Below, in pieces: positions 24,923 to 34,160 of a stretch of 34,160 nucleotides of DNA (its first letter is position 1; every line of letters begins with the position of its first letter). Below the pieces are notes generated by a model that made no database searches, was not told where the DNA came from, and was given only the letters and a program-made list of their open reading frames with translations. The stretch covers positions 8,248,407 to 8,282,566 of the forward strand of contig JARFOE010000001.1 in the NCBI GenBank assembly GCA_031763465.1, written 5' to 3'. Position numbers and translations under genes: made by a program. The DNA is from Squatina squatina (taxonomy: Eukaryota).

Positions 24923-25000
24923 ATGAGCGATGAAGCCCAGAAAAATGATGGTGGTGATAAGTACAATGGCAACAATCAGAAGCGAAAGAGACCTAAAAAG
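24923..25000 (+). CDS. ANK2: Ankyrin-B, canonical first coding exon
   Basis: MSDEAQKNDGGDKYNGNNQKRKRPKK versus recalled human [28 protein letters not shown]. In-frame TAG at 24914-24916 upstream, A at -3, and a phase 0 donor AAG|GTAAGA at 25001. Confidence 0.95.
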
Positions 25001-27303
25001 GTAAGAGTAGACATTGTTGTTGGGAGCAGGGTTTGGCGAGGGATGCTGGAGAGTTGCTCCCTCAGAGAGCAGGCAGACGCTTCAGCTCATCATTATATAT
25101 CTCTATATGAGTGTCTCTCACTCTGTGAGCAGAGAAGCTATTAGAAGTAAGTGTTGATCAGATAATTGAGCTGATAATGACCACAAAATTGCCTTTGAGA
25201 ATTTGACTTAAATCATTGCATTTAAGATCAAATAGCTCAGGAAATGGAATGACATGATTATGGTTCTGATGATGATGGTGTTTTTTAGTTTGGTTTTGTA
25301 TGGTGAATAGAGCTGTTGTTTAGGTGTGTATATTGTAAGGACTATAAAATGCTCCTGAGGAGAATTAATTAGTAGAATCTATATTTTTGTCTGAATAAGT
25401 GCAAAAGATTAAAAATGGTGTCTTTGTAAGAGAGAGAGAAAAGATTTTTTTTTTAAATCATATAAAGAAATCATTTGTTTTTGTAAACCAAGGAAATAAA
25501 ATAATGGATCAGCAGTAGTATTCTGACACCTTAAATGAAAATCAAATTGAAACAATGGAAGGACCAATGTAAATCAAGGAAGGCACCAAATAAACTTGTT
25601 TATTAGGCAAAGCTCTTTACCATTCAATTGTCATTCTCTATCAGTGGCAGAAACAAATCCCGATAAGTTAGCAACAGTTCAATGATTTATCATACAGTCC
25701 AATATAAAATGTTTGCACTTAATTCCATATTCACAGGCAGTTCACTCTTTTCAAAATTACACCTTTAAAACTCTGTTTTCTCAATTTGCATAGTCTCCAT
25801 GGCAGCCAACAATAAAATGTGGCATTGATAGATTTCAGGAAGGTATCTTTCATTGCAGGCTGCCATTTGAGCTTGAGCAGAGTTTATCCATAAAATATGT
25901 CTCGGGTCAATATCTTTCATGCCCATTTAAGAAAGAGACACACAGGCATGACACACGTAAAAGACAGAAGGTGGCATTATCTCTACAATATATCAGNNNN
26001 NNNNNNNNNNNNNNNNNNNNNNNNNNNNNNNNNNNNNNNNNNNNNNNNNNNNNNNNNNNTAGAATTTAATCTGTGACAACAGGCATAATGAGAATTTTAG
26101 TATAGCTTTGTCCAAACCAGACTAGAGGTTCACTTGCTTTTATTCTGATAGATAATGCAGTCAGAGAAATAAAGGGTTCTGTTATATGTTGGCATTCAAA
26201 TTACTTTTTAGGATTGTCAACAAGGATTTTCTTTTTGCTGTTATCCCAACTTCATAATTCTCCTTTCTTATTTCACTATATGAACCCTCAGAAGTCCAGA
26301 ACAACTTGATGGCATAACAGTAAAACGTTTGCTTCCCACGTCAGTGGTGATGGGTTAAAATCCCAACTGATATAACTGTTCTACCATTAAGTGTGATAAT
26401 CCTCATTAATGCTCACCCTGCTGTTAATGAGGACAGTCCCACCCAGGGAACACCAATAGAAGTCTGGCTCACCCATGTAACTCTGGCACTTCTGTGTAAA
26501 ATCTTTGTAGAGAGACTTCTAGAAAATAATTAAATCAAACAAGCGCTGATTTCAGGACTGAGGAAATGTACACTGCTGCACATCCACCCTTCTGGTCACC
26601 ATGGAGAAGTAGAGACTGAGGGAAAGGAGTTGTTTCAAATTTCAGAAAATATGCACAACAAATCCAAGTGAAAAATCCATGATCTGAAGACTCCAAGCAG
26701 CATATAATGTNNNNNNNNNNTACTGGTTAACCCAAAGGAATTCCAGACAGTAGAATTACTGTCCTGCAATGAAGAATTACATCTTAACCCAAAAATTAGA
26801 CAAAAGACACAGACCATGTATTATTTATAATTAATATACTTATAAAATATTAATGAAAAAGCTTTAGATTTTTTTTCATTCTATTAAAGAATATATACTG
26901 TTATCTCTTTTGGGATGGGAATTTAAAATGAGATTTGGATCAGATTAAGACAATGAGAGACTGGGAGCCCTCTAGTGTGTTCCAAATATGAATATCTATT
27001 CAAGTGCAAAAGGTTACATCAAATTTTAAGCCTTAAGGTGCTTTGTCACGTGTTGTTTTCTTTGTTAACTATATGGATTTTCTATTAATTGAACATGGTA
27101 CAGATTGAAGTGAATCTCCCAAAGGCAAAATTTTGTTTTGGTTTGATTACGTGCAACCCATCATGCATTATGATGAGCATTTATAGGGTTGGCCTATACT
27201 TTTNNNNNNNNNNNNNNNNNNNNNNNNNNNNNNNNNNNNNNNNNNNNNNNNNNNNNNNNNNNNNNNNNNNNNNNNNNNNNNNNNNNNNNNNNNNNNNNNN
27301 NNN

Positions 27304-27434
27304 AGGGAATCAAGGGTTATGGGGAGAAGGTGGGAAGGTGGACTTGAGAAATGTCGGATCAGCCATGATCCAATTGAATGACGGAGCGGGCTCGATGGGC
27401 CGAATGGCCTACTCCTGCTCCTACTTCTTATGAA
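27304..27434 (+). mobile_element. CR1 LINE 3' end
   Basis: agggaatcaagggttatggggagaagg...gatcagccatgatc...gaatgacggagcgggctcgatgggccgaatggcctactcctgctccta.ttcttatg is a typical CR1 3' UTR. Confidence 0.9.
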
Positions 27435-28825
27435 CAAGCATATCGAGAGGGCGTGCTCCAATGCTCAAGACGACAAGGGTCATTAGAGTTTTGGATTAAT
27501 TGGAGTTTGTGAAGGATGGAGGAGGGAGGCCGTGGAAGAAGGAATTTGAGTCGTCAGTTCTCTACATGATGATGGGGGTGAACCCAGATATGCAACAAGT
27601 GTCTGACGGTGACTTTGTGGAGGAAATGTTGTTAACCCTCCAGTGTTTAACCCATTGTGCACTGTGCCTTATAAGAATTTTAAGCAGACCAAAAATGACA
27701 TTTAAACCTGCATGAGGTTAAAGATTGCTGTTTTAATTATATCTTGCAAAAGAGAACATTGAAAGAAGCAAGTGTGGGAAATCTGAGTGTCTTTTAAACA
27801 GCTTTGTGGGCTTTCACTTGTATGCCACAATGTTTGACACTCCGTGCTTCTGGTGAGCACTTACACTGATTATTTGCATATCTGTTTCCTCCAGACTTAA
27901 AGATTATTATTGATGGTTTGTCATTGCTGACTTTACTGAAAAAAGCTTGAATGAGCTGCACTCGCTCTGAAATTTACATGCCTTTCAATTAAATACCTGC
28001 TTTTAGATGAATTTTCAATATTTGGCTGTTGTTGGAAAGAAATAACTGGTGCTGGAGCTTTTTCCAGCGAATTAGATATTCATAATTACTTAGGTTGCTA
28101 CCCGGGAAACCCAAGGATTGAGCGATCTGCTATATTATGCAAACAGACCCTGAAGTCATCTTTGGTTAAGTGCTTATTTCAGATTTTTGAGCACAAAATC
28201 ACATGCAAGGTAAAAAGAAAGTCATCAAGTCCTCTCTCCCCACATACCGATAGATATAAATATAATTGCTATTTGCTGACAAAATTGTAGAAACCCATCT
28301 TCACGAAAAGACCTGCTTTAAATGGCAAGAGAAAATATCCAGTGTTTCAGCAGAGACAGCAGCAGTTGCAGCACCAGTGATTAAAGCAGACTGCACCATT
28401 TCTCGGCACGTAGTGAGGTGTAGCTTAAGCTAGAAGGATTTTTCTCCCCCTTCAGTTTCCATTAATATGGGTCCTGCCTGCTCTCGTCGGGGGACACAGC
28501 CAGTCCCAGGGCCCCAGAAGGCCTTGTTCTGGCGCTCTGTGCTCAAGGATATGCTCTAAGTCTGTCGTCTTATTACCCATTGCAGCTCCAAGGAGAGCTG
28601 GTCTCAAACTTGCTTCACATTCTTGGGGAGGATTGCGTCTGTGGAACTGAATTACATTTTGAATTAAGGACGTTGCAAGTATTTTGTTTGAGATGTGACC
28701 TTTCCAGTGGGATTGGAGTCCTTGATTCCTGCCTCCTTTGCACTGTCCTTGCTAATAAGCCATTTGAATTTGTGGTCGGGTGACGTGAATTTTTAAAACC
28801 AGGGTCTTGGTGTTTCTCTTCTGGT

Positions 28826-28951
28826 ATGGCTCATGCTGCAGCTCACCTTAAAAAAGCCCGGGAGTTTGATCATGACGAGAAGGAGAAGGAGAAGGAAAAG
28901 GAAAGGGAAAGAGAGAGGAAGAGGGAATCGAGGAGAAATCGTAAACGCAAG
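28826..28951 (+). CDS. ANK2: Ankyrin-B, alternative first coding exon (MAHAA-type, paralogous to the ANK3 MAHAASQLKK exon)
   Basis: MAHAAAHLKKAREFDHDEKEKEKEKERERERKRESRRNRKRK (42 aa). Kozak ggtATGG, upstream in-frame TGA at 28781-28783, and a phase 0 donor AAG|GTACGC at 28952, in frame with exon 2. Confidence 0.9.
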
Positions 28952-29349
28952 GTACGCCACCTCACCAAAAATATNNNNNNNNNNNNNNNNNNNNNNNNNN
29001 NNNNNNNNNNNNNNNNNNNNNNNNNNNNNNNNNNNNNNNNNNNNNNNNNNNNNNNNNNNNNNNNNNNNNNNNNNACTAGCCCTGTATTTTACGCTCCAGG
29101 CCACTATTTACATACATAGCTTGCCTGGTGGGTGTAAAAATAGCCAGGCAGTGCCTGAATTGGGAATGGTTGGAGTTTGCTGCCAACTGTGTGGGGTTTC
29201 TAGTTCTTTCAGAGTTGGGTGGCCAGCAGTGACTGTGAGGAGTGGTTTAGGGCAGCAGAGCGGCAGTGACCATCTGGATTACTTGTGTTTGTTTGGAGAG
29301 CCTGGTGGCTGGAGTCCTTCACACGGGTAACTGTTGACAGGGGACTGCT

Positions 29350-29475
29350 ATGGGCAATGCACCACTTTGCCATTCTTGTCATACAGACAAGGGTATTCAG
29401 AGGAGTACGGAGTGTCAGAACATAGAAACATACACTGACTATTACACTGATATAAGCAAAGAACCCGAGGCACTG
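29350..29475 (+). CDS. ANK2: Candidate third alternative first coding exon of ankyrin-B (MG-/Cys-containing N-terminus)
   Basis: MGNAPLCHSCHTDKGIQRSTECQNIETYTDYYTDISKEPEAL (42 codons, no stop). Strong Kozak gctATGG, in-frame TGA at 29335-29337 upstream, and a consensus donor CTG|GTGAGT at 29476 in phase 0, compatible with exon 2. No homolog confidently recognised. Confidence 0.6.
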
Positions 29476-30464
29476 GTGAGTCTTGTGTGAATGAAATCTG
29501 AAGTGTCACGTTTAAAGAATGACCCTGCTATATAGAATGTGAAGTTGAATTAAATAAATTACACCTGACTCTTAGAGACTGATGCTGTAACCTGCTATAG
29601 CAGGGGAATGGTGCTGTGGAGGTGTTTGTAGGAAGCTTGTCTCACTTTGCTGTGACAGCTTCTGTGATTATAGAGTTATTTGGTTTCNNNNNNNNNNNNN
29701 NNNNNNNNNNNNNNNNNNNNNNNNNNNNNNNNNNNNNNNNNNNNNNNNNNNNNNNNNNNNNNNNNNNNNNNNNNNNNNNNNNNNNNNTTCCTCTGGGTAT
29801 CATGTATAGAAAAATTTGTAAACACAAAACACAAAAAGGAGATCTTGCCATGATTGGGTGAAAGTTAAAACTCTGGGATGAGGACTGGGCTAAAAACAAA
29901 GAGTTTTATTTTTACATCATGTGCGAGTTTGGACAAGGGTGTCAAAGGTTATGCACTTGCTCGAGCATCACCACCAAGCCTAAATCTATCCAAAACTATA
30001 ATCATTACACTACCCGTACTAGTTTATTATCACTTTTTTCTTGATGCCTCCAGCAACTTCTGAATAAAAGTATTTGTTTCACATTGGTAAAAATCTAACA
30101 GCAGCATATCACATTTGAATTGGGCTTGTTTGCTTTGTTTGACTACATTTTGTGGGATGCAAGTCATATTCAACATGTGTTAAATATTCCAGTTTCATGT
30201 TCCTAATGGAATAATTTAGCATAGCAATGAATCTCTGAATGAAGTGAGGCTTGTTTGAGGTGATTTTTATCTTGCATCTCAGATGGAAAGAGTTAACAAG
30301 CTCCTTTTTGTTTTTCTATGCGCTGTTTCGCAGATGACCTCAGGCCAGTGTATTCGCGTTGTTTTAAGCCAATGCTTCACCATCATTAGTGATCAGTACT
30401 ATGCTTTTGACTTTGGAATGTTGCATAGGTCAAAGATACTTCTCTCTGCTATTTTTACTGCAGT

Positions 30465-30709
30465 TTTCTCCCTTTATGGCTCCTTTCCTGAAGGTGGTGA
30501 CTAATGTTAAGTACTGTTCCACAGTAGGCCTCCAACAGCTTTTCCAAGAGGCCATTTTATAGGTTTGGGCTGATGATATGTTAGTTGATCGATCCCAATT
30601 TTCCTTCTCTTGCCCAAAGCAGAGGTCTTGAGGCCATTTGTAACTCTCCATTACCTGTTCATAGAATTTGGAAGTAGGTGGCGCATTTACCCACTGAATC
30701 ACTGAGGGA
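30465..30709 (-). mobile_element. Internally deleted AmnSINE2-like SINE, copy 4
   Basis: Reverse complement has the head gattcagtgggtaaatgcgcc, then tacaaatggcctcaag...gggcaagagaaggaaaatt, aaatggcctcttgg, gtggaacagtac and agtcaccaccttcaggaaaggag. Confidence 0.55.
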
Positions 30710-31461
30710 GTTAAACTACTTCTTTTTGATTGTGTCTTCATAGAGATGTACCNNNNNNNNNNNNNNNNNNNNNNNNNNNNNNNNNNNNNNNNNNNNNNNN
30801 NNNNNNNNNNNNNNNNNNNNNNNNNNNNNNNNNNNNNNNNNNNNNNNNNNNNCTCCTCATCCACCAACGATCTATGATTTGACTGACTTAAGCATTGCTT
30901 GTGTCTCTAAAACAAACACCTTTAAGGGCTGAGGTGGCCTGACACTTGATAGCAGCTCCTTAGATCCGTCCCACAATTCCTGAAATAAACTAAGATAATC
31001 AGCACTAAGTAAGTGCCCTTTCGCGCTGAAATTAGAATGGTTTTAAAGCTGTCTGAAACTTTTTTTTCCAAAGTGTTAAAATGCAGGCCTTAAAGTGAAA
31101 TTTCAAAGGCCTGAACTTTGCGGTCCCCAATCAGCCCCTTAGCGCCAGAAACTCAGGGCAGTCGAATCAGGCGCCCCTAATCAATCTGTGTGGAGTGGGC
31201 AAATGCATATGATGTGAATGGAGTATTCCATTGATGTACTCGGGAAAGGGATTTGCAGTTTTAAAACTTCAGTGAATTAAATAATTTAATAAAATCAATC
31301 TTCAATTAAACCAGCCTCAGGCCAGCAGTGCTATGGACTTGGGTAGGTTTGCATTATGAAGGTTGCATACTGCTGCTGTTTCATGCAAATTCCCATTTGC
31401 TGTGCGTATTCTGTTAGTGGAAGAAAATGCATTGCTAATTCATGGTATTTCTCTTTTGCAG

Positions 31462-31563
31462 TCTGACAGCAATGCAAGCTTCCTCCGTGCTGCGAGAGCA
31501 GGAAATCTGGATAAAGTGCTCGAGTACCTCAAAGGAGGGATAGACATCAACACATCAAATCAG
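31462..31563 (+). CDS. ANK2: Ankyrin-B exon 2 (start of ANK repeat 1)
   Basis: [34 protein letters not shown] versus recalled human ANK2 [34 protein letters not shown]. It is 102 nt, with acceptor tttctcttttgcAG, branch-like CTAAT at 31435-31439 and donor CAG|GTATGC. Confidence 0.97.
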
Positions 31564-31630
31564 GTATGCACAGTTTGTGCATTATGGAATCATTCCTTAT
31601 TGCAATTTCCTGTGGCTTTGGTAAAAACAT

Positions 31631-31780
31631 GGGGCAGAAATTTGCTCAGAGCTGCTTCCACTCCATGGCCGAAACTTTGCTGGAAGTGCGATGGAAATCC
31701 AATTTTACATGTGCGTAAACGGGGTTTCTACCACCTGGTGATGTTTATCAGTGAGCGGGAGGAGTTCTGAGAAAATTTGC
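31631..31780. mobile_element. Palindromic MITE in ANK2 intron 2
   Basis: The left arm gcagaaatttgctcagagctgcttccactc pairs with the reverse complement of the right arm gagcgggaggagttctgagaaaatttgc (gcaaattttctcagaactcctcccgctc). Confidence 0.7.
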
Positions 31781-32312
31781 AGTTGTGATCATTTTTATAA
31801 AAGATAACTTGCCATCAGCTCCCCTTGAATTGTGCATGTCTCATTCTTTTAACAGCCATGTAATTGCTGTGCTGTTACACCAATAATGTCACATTCTGGT
31901 TGATCATCTAATCATTGAATAGCCAAGAAGTTACACTGGGAAAATGGATGGTGACTGCTATTGAAATCATAGAAGAAGTGATGCTTTCTTTCCTATAGAG
32001 CAGAGGCAATAAAATATACATTAATTGTGTGGTACATATCTCTCATTGAATTGGATATTTCATATTTTATTACTGGTGATGCAATTAACCATACATTTTC
32101 TGAGGTTCAGCAGCAGTCAAGAAGATTGGAGTCACCGTATTCACATCAGATCAGGGCCAGTAATGCACTATTACACAGAAGCATAAATCCAAAACAATTA
32201 TTTTGACAGACTATATCAACCAGTAAACTGGTGTGAAAAAGGCTCGTGTAAAAACAGGCTTCCATACCTAGTGGCTGAAACGGCCGACTGCTTGAATATC
32301 GTGCAGAACATC

Positions 32313-32479
32313 AGGGCCCGGAATTTGTGCCGGTCTTTCTGGAGCACTCCAGCAGAAGACTGCCATCTGCACCAAACAGGGTCACCCACCTCCGCAGCGG
32401 TAGGCCAGAAGGAAGGGAGTTTCAATCTGGGAGTTTCCTCAGGCATCGCCTGGGATCCACTGGGTGGCTGGTACGCTGG
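32313..32479. mobile_element. GC-rich DNA-transposon-like end, cut by a gap
   Basis: Starts agggcccggaattt (Harbinger-like terminus) with an abrupt GC rise, and ends at a contig break. Confidence 0.35.
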
Positions 32480-32579
32480 NNNNNNNNNNNNNNNNNNNNN
32501 NNNNNNNNNNNNNNNNNNNNNNNNNNNNNNNNNNNNNNNNNNNNNNNNNNNNNNNNNNNNNNNNNNNNNNNNNNNNNNN

Positions 32580-32913
32580 ACATTAGGACCAAGAGTAGGC
32601 CATTCAACCCCTTGAGCTTGCTCTGCCATCCAATTAAAACAAGGTAGAATTGCACCACAACTCTATTTTACCCGCCTGTGTACCATATCATTTGATACCC
32701 TTGCCTAACAAAAAATCTTCAATTTTCCTTGCATCCACGACCCTTTGCGTGAAAAAGTTCTCCCTGATGTCGCTCCTGAATGACCGAGCTCTAATTTTAG
32801 GATCATGCCCCTTGTTCTTGATTTCCCCAGCAGGGAAATAGGTTCTCCATATCTGCCCTATCAAATGCTTTTGACATTTTGAACACCTCAAATAGATCAC
32901 CCCTCAGTCTTCT
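32580..32913 (-). mobile_element. CR1 LINE 3' end with frameshift and internal deletion
   Basis: Minus strand gives RRLRGDLFEVFKM..., then NKGHDPKIRARSFRSDIRENFFTQRVV...DFLLGKGIK, followed by the ggttgaatggcctactcttggtcctaatg tail. Confidence 0.9.
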
Positions 32914-34130
32914 NNNNNNNNNNGTGTCAAGTTTATACAATCACCAGGGAGTGTTTTTATTTTCTTAGCAGCATGAAACACAGGAGATGGGACTAGTTTA
33001 TGATTTCAGATTTTCTGAAAACTTTGCTACTTCCTCCTTCCCACAGAGATGCAGAAAATGCAAGAAAGTTCAAGAATAATCTGTGCTGCAGTCCAAATTC
33101 CTTTGCGAGAGCCACCAATGGAGGAACTTGGAATCACAATGCCCTTGCAGAGTCACAGGCTTGTTTGAAAATTGGTTCCAGTGAGCTCGTTGCACCCTTT
33201 CTTTATCTTCTCCCATCTTTTGATCTGACTTTGCCACATTCACTGTGGTTTTTCAGGCTGTTCTCACACATTTTGTGGTTTCCAGCCAGATACTCAGTCT
33301 GAGAAAAGCCTGTGAGTTCATGGCACAGTGAGTTTTAATAATATGGCAGGTGTGAGAGGTTCAAGGCAAGATCATGATTGGATTCTGGTCTCATGGCACT
33401 GCTGTCAGCTTCTCCCTTAGTGCACTCAATTTGCATTTGAAATTTTCAAGTGCATTTAGAAAGAGCCAAACTCCTGATCCAGAAATTAATGAACCATTCA
33501 CGCAGCTGAGTTCACAACTAGTGGGCAGAACTCAGCTTGATGCATTTACATGAGGCATACGTTCATTAACTCACCTCATTTCAGCCACGTTGTTTCAATC
33601 CCAAGGGTAAGATGCATTGAGACTGCCAATGAAAACTAACCTTCCATTTCTTTCATCACAGGTAACGCTTTTGGTTCTTTGGCTTTCAGTTGCGTTTTTT
33701 AAAAAGTTCTATTAGCCATTAGGAAAAGGGATTTCCCACCAGAGGCACAGAAAATGACATTGCAATTATTAGTTTAACTCTGAATCATAGATTTTTATAG
33801 TAGAGAACATTCATCCGATTATGACTGCACTGCCTCTCCGAAAGAGCTATCCACTTAATTTCATTTCCCTGCACTTTCCCCAGACCCTTTCATTGTTTTC
33901 TTTTTCAACTGAGGCTTATATGAGAAGGTGTCCAGTGTCCAATCAGTGCACAACAAGCACTCTTTGCTTAAACGTTTTTATGTGCACGACAAAAAATTGG
34001 TTAGGTCAAAATAAGACCATGTTGAAGGTTCTGTAGCTAGACATCCTGCCACGTTACAGTTTTGTTCAATTATATTTTTTAAAAGATTCTGATCTCTCTT
34101 TCCCCCTGCCGCCGCCCCCCCCCCCCCCAA

Positions 34131-34160
34131 TTTTCTTTCCTTTGGTTGTTCTCACCTTCA
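34131..34160 (+). other. Polypyrimidine tract, probable acceptor of the next ANK2 exon
   Basis: ttttctttcctttggttgttctcaccttca ends on CA at the window edge. A G at the next base would complete a CAG acceptor; the exon itself is not visible. Confidence 0.5.

Noticed and set aside
23714-24975. Five long ORFs of 339-375 aa
   Set aside because: They are almost entirely X residues from the 971-N gap.
28826-31563. Assignment to ANK3 because of the MAHAA start
   Set aside because: Exon 2 ([19 protein letters not shown]), the KRPKK exon and LARP7 synteny all point to ANK2.
31363-31770. 135-aa ORF as a complete gene
   Set aside because: Only 31462-31563 is exon. The flanks are intron and MITE read-through.
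34101-34128. C-rich tract (also 20853-20877, and G-rich 1769-1790) as functional G-quadruplexes
   Set aside because: Low-complexity runs like these are common, with no further support.

Overview
This is vertebrate genomic DNA, probably from a cartilaginous fish judging by its repeat families. It comes from a fragmented assembly with 25 N-gaps (17 of exactly 100 N, six of 10 N, one of 63 N and one of 971 N), so spacing across gaps is unreliable. The window runs from the last two coding exons of LARP7 (1-318, +) into the 5' end of ankyrin-B (ANK2, +), the same gene order as in human. For ANK2 I recognise the canonical first exon (24923-25000, MSDEAQK...KRPKK), an alternative MAHAAA-type first exon (28826-28951) and the shared exon 2 (31462-31563, start of ANK repeat 1). 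The window ends on what looks like the next acceptor. I also find a third candidate first exon that the ORF track misses (29350-29475, MGNAPLCHSC..., phase 0, CTG|GTGAGT donor) with a myristoylation/palmitoylation-like N-terminus. In exon 2, the conserved palmitoylated Cys (AnkB C60 / AnkG C70) is Ser. The rest is intergenic or intronic DNA with CR1 LINE fragments, tRNA-derived SINEs, palindromic MITEs and a few candidate regulatory and splicing elements. There are no prokaryotic systems, and almost all ORFs in the supplied track are spurious. Homology statements are from memory, not from database searches.
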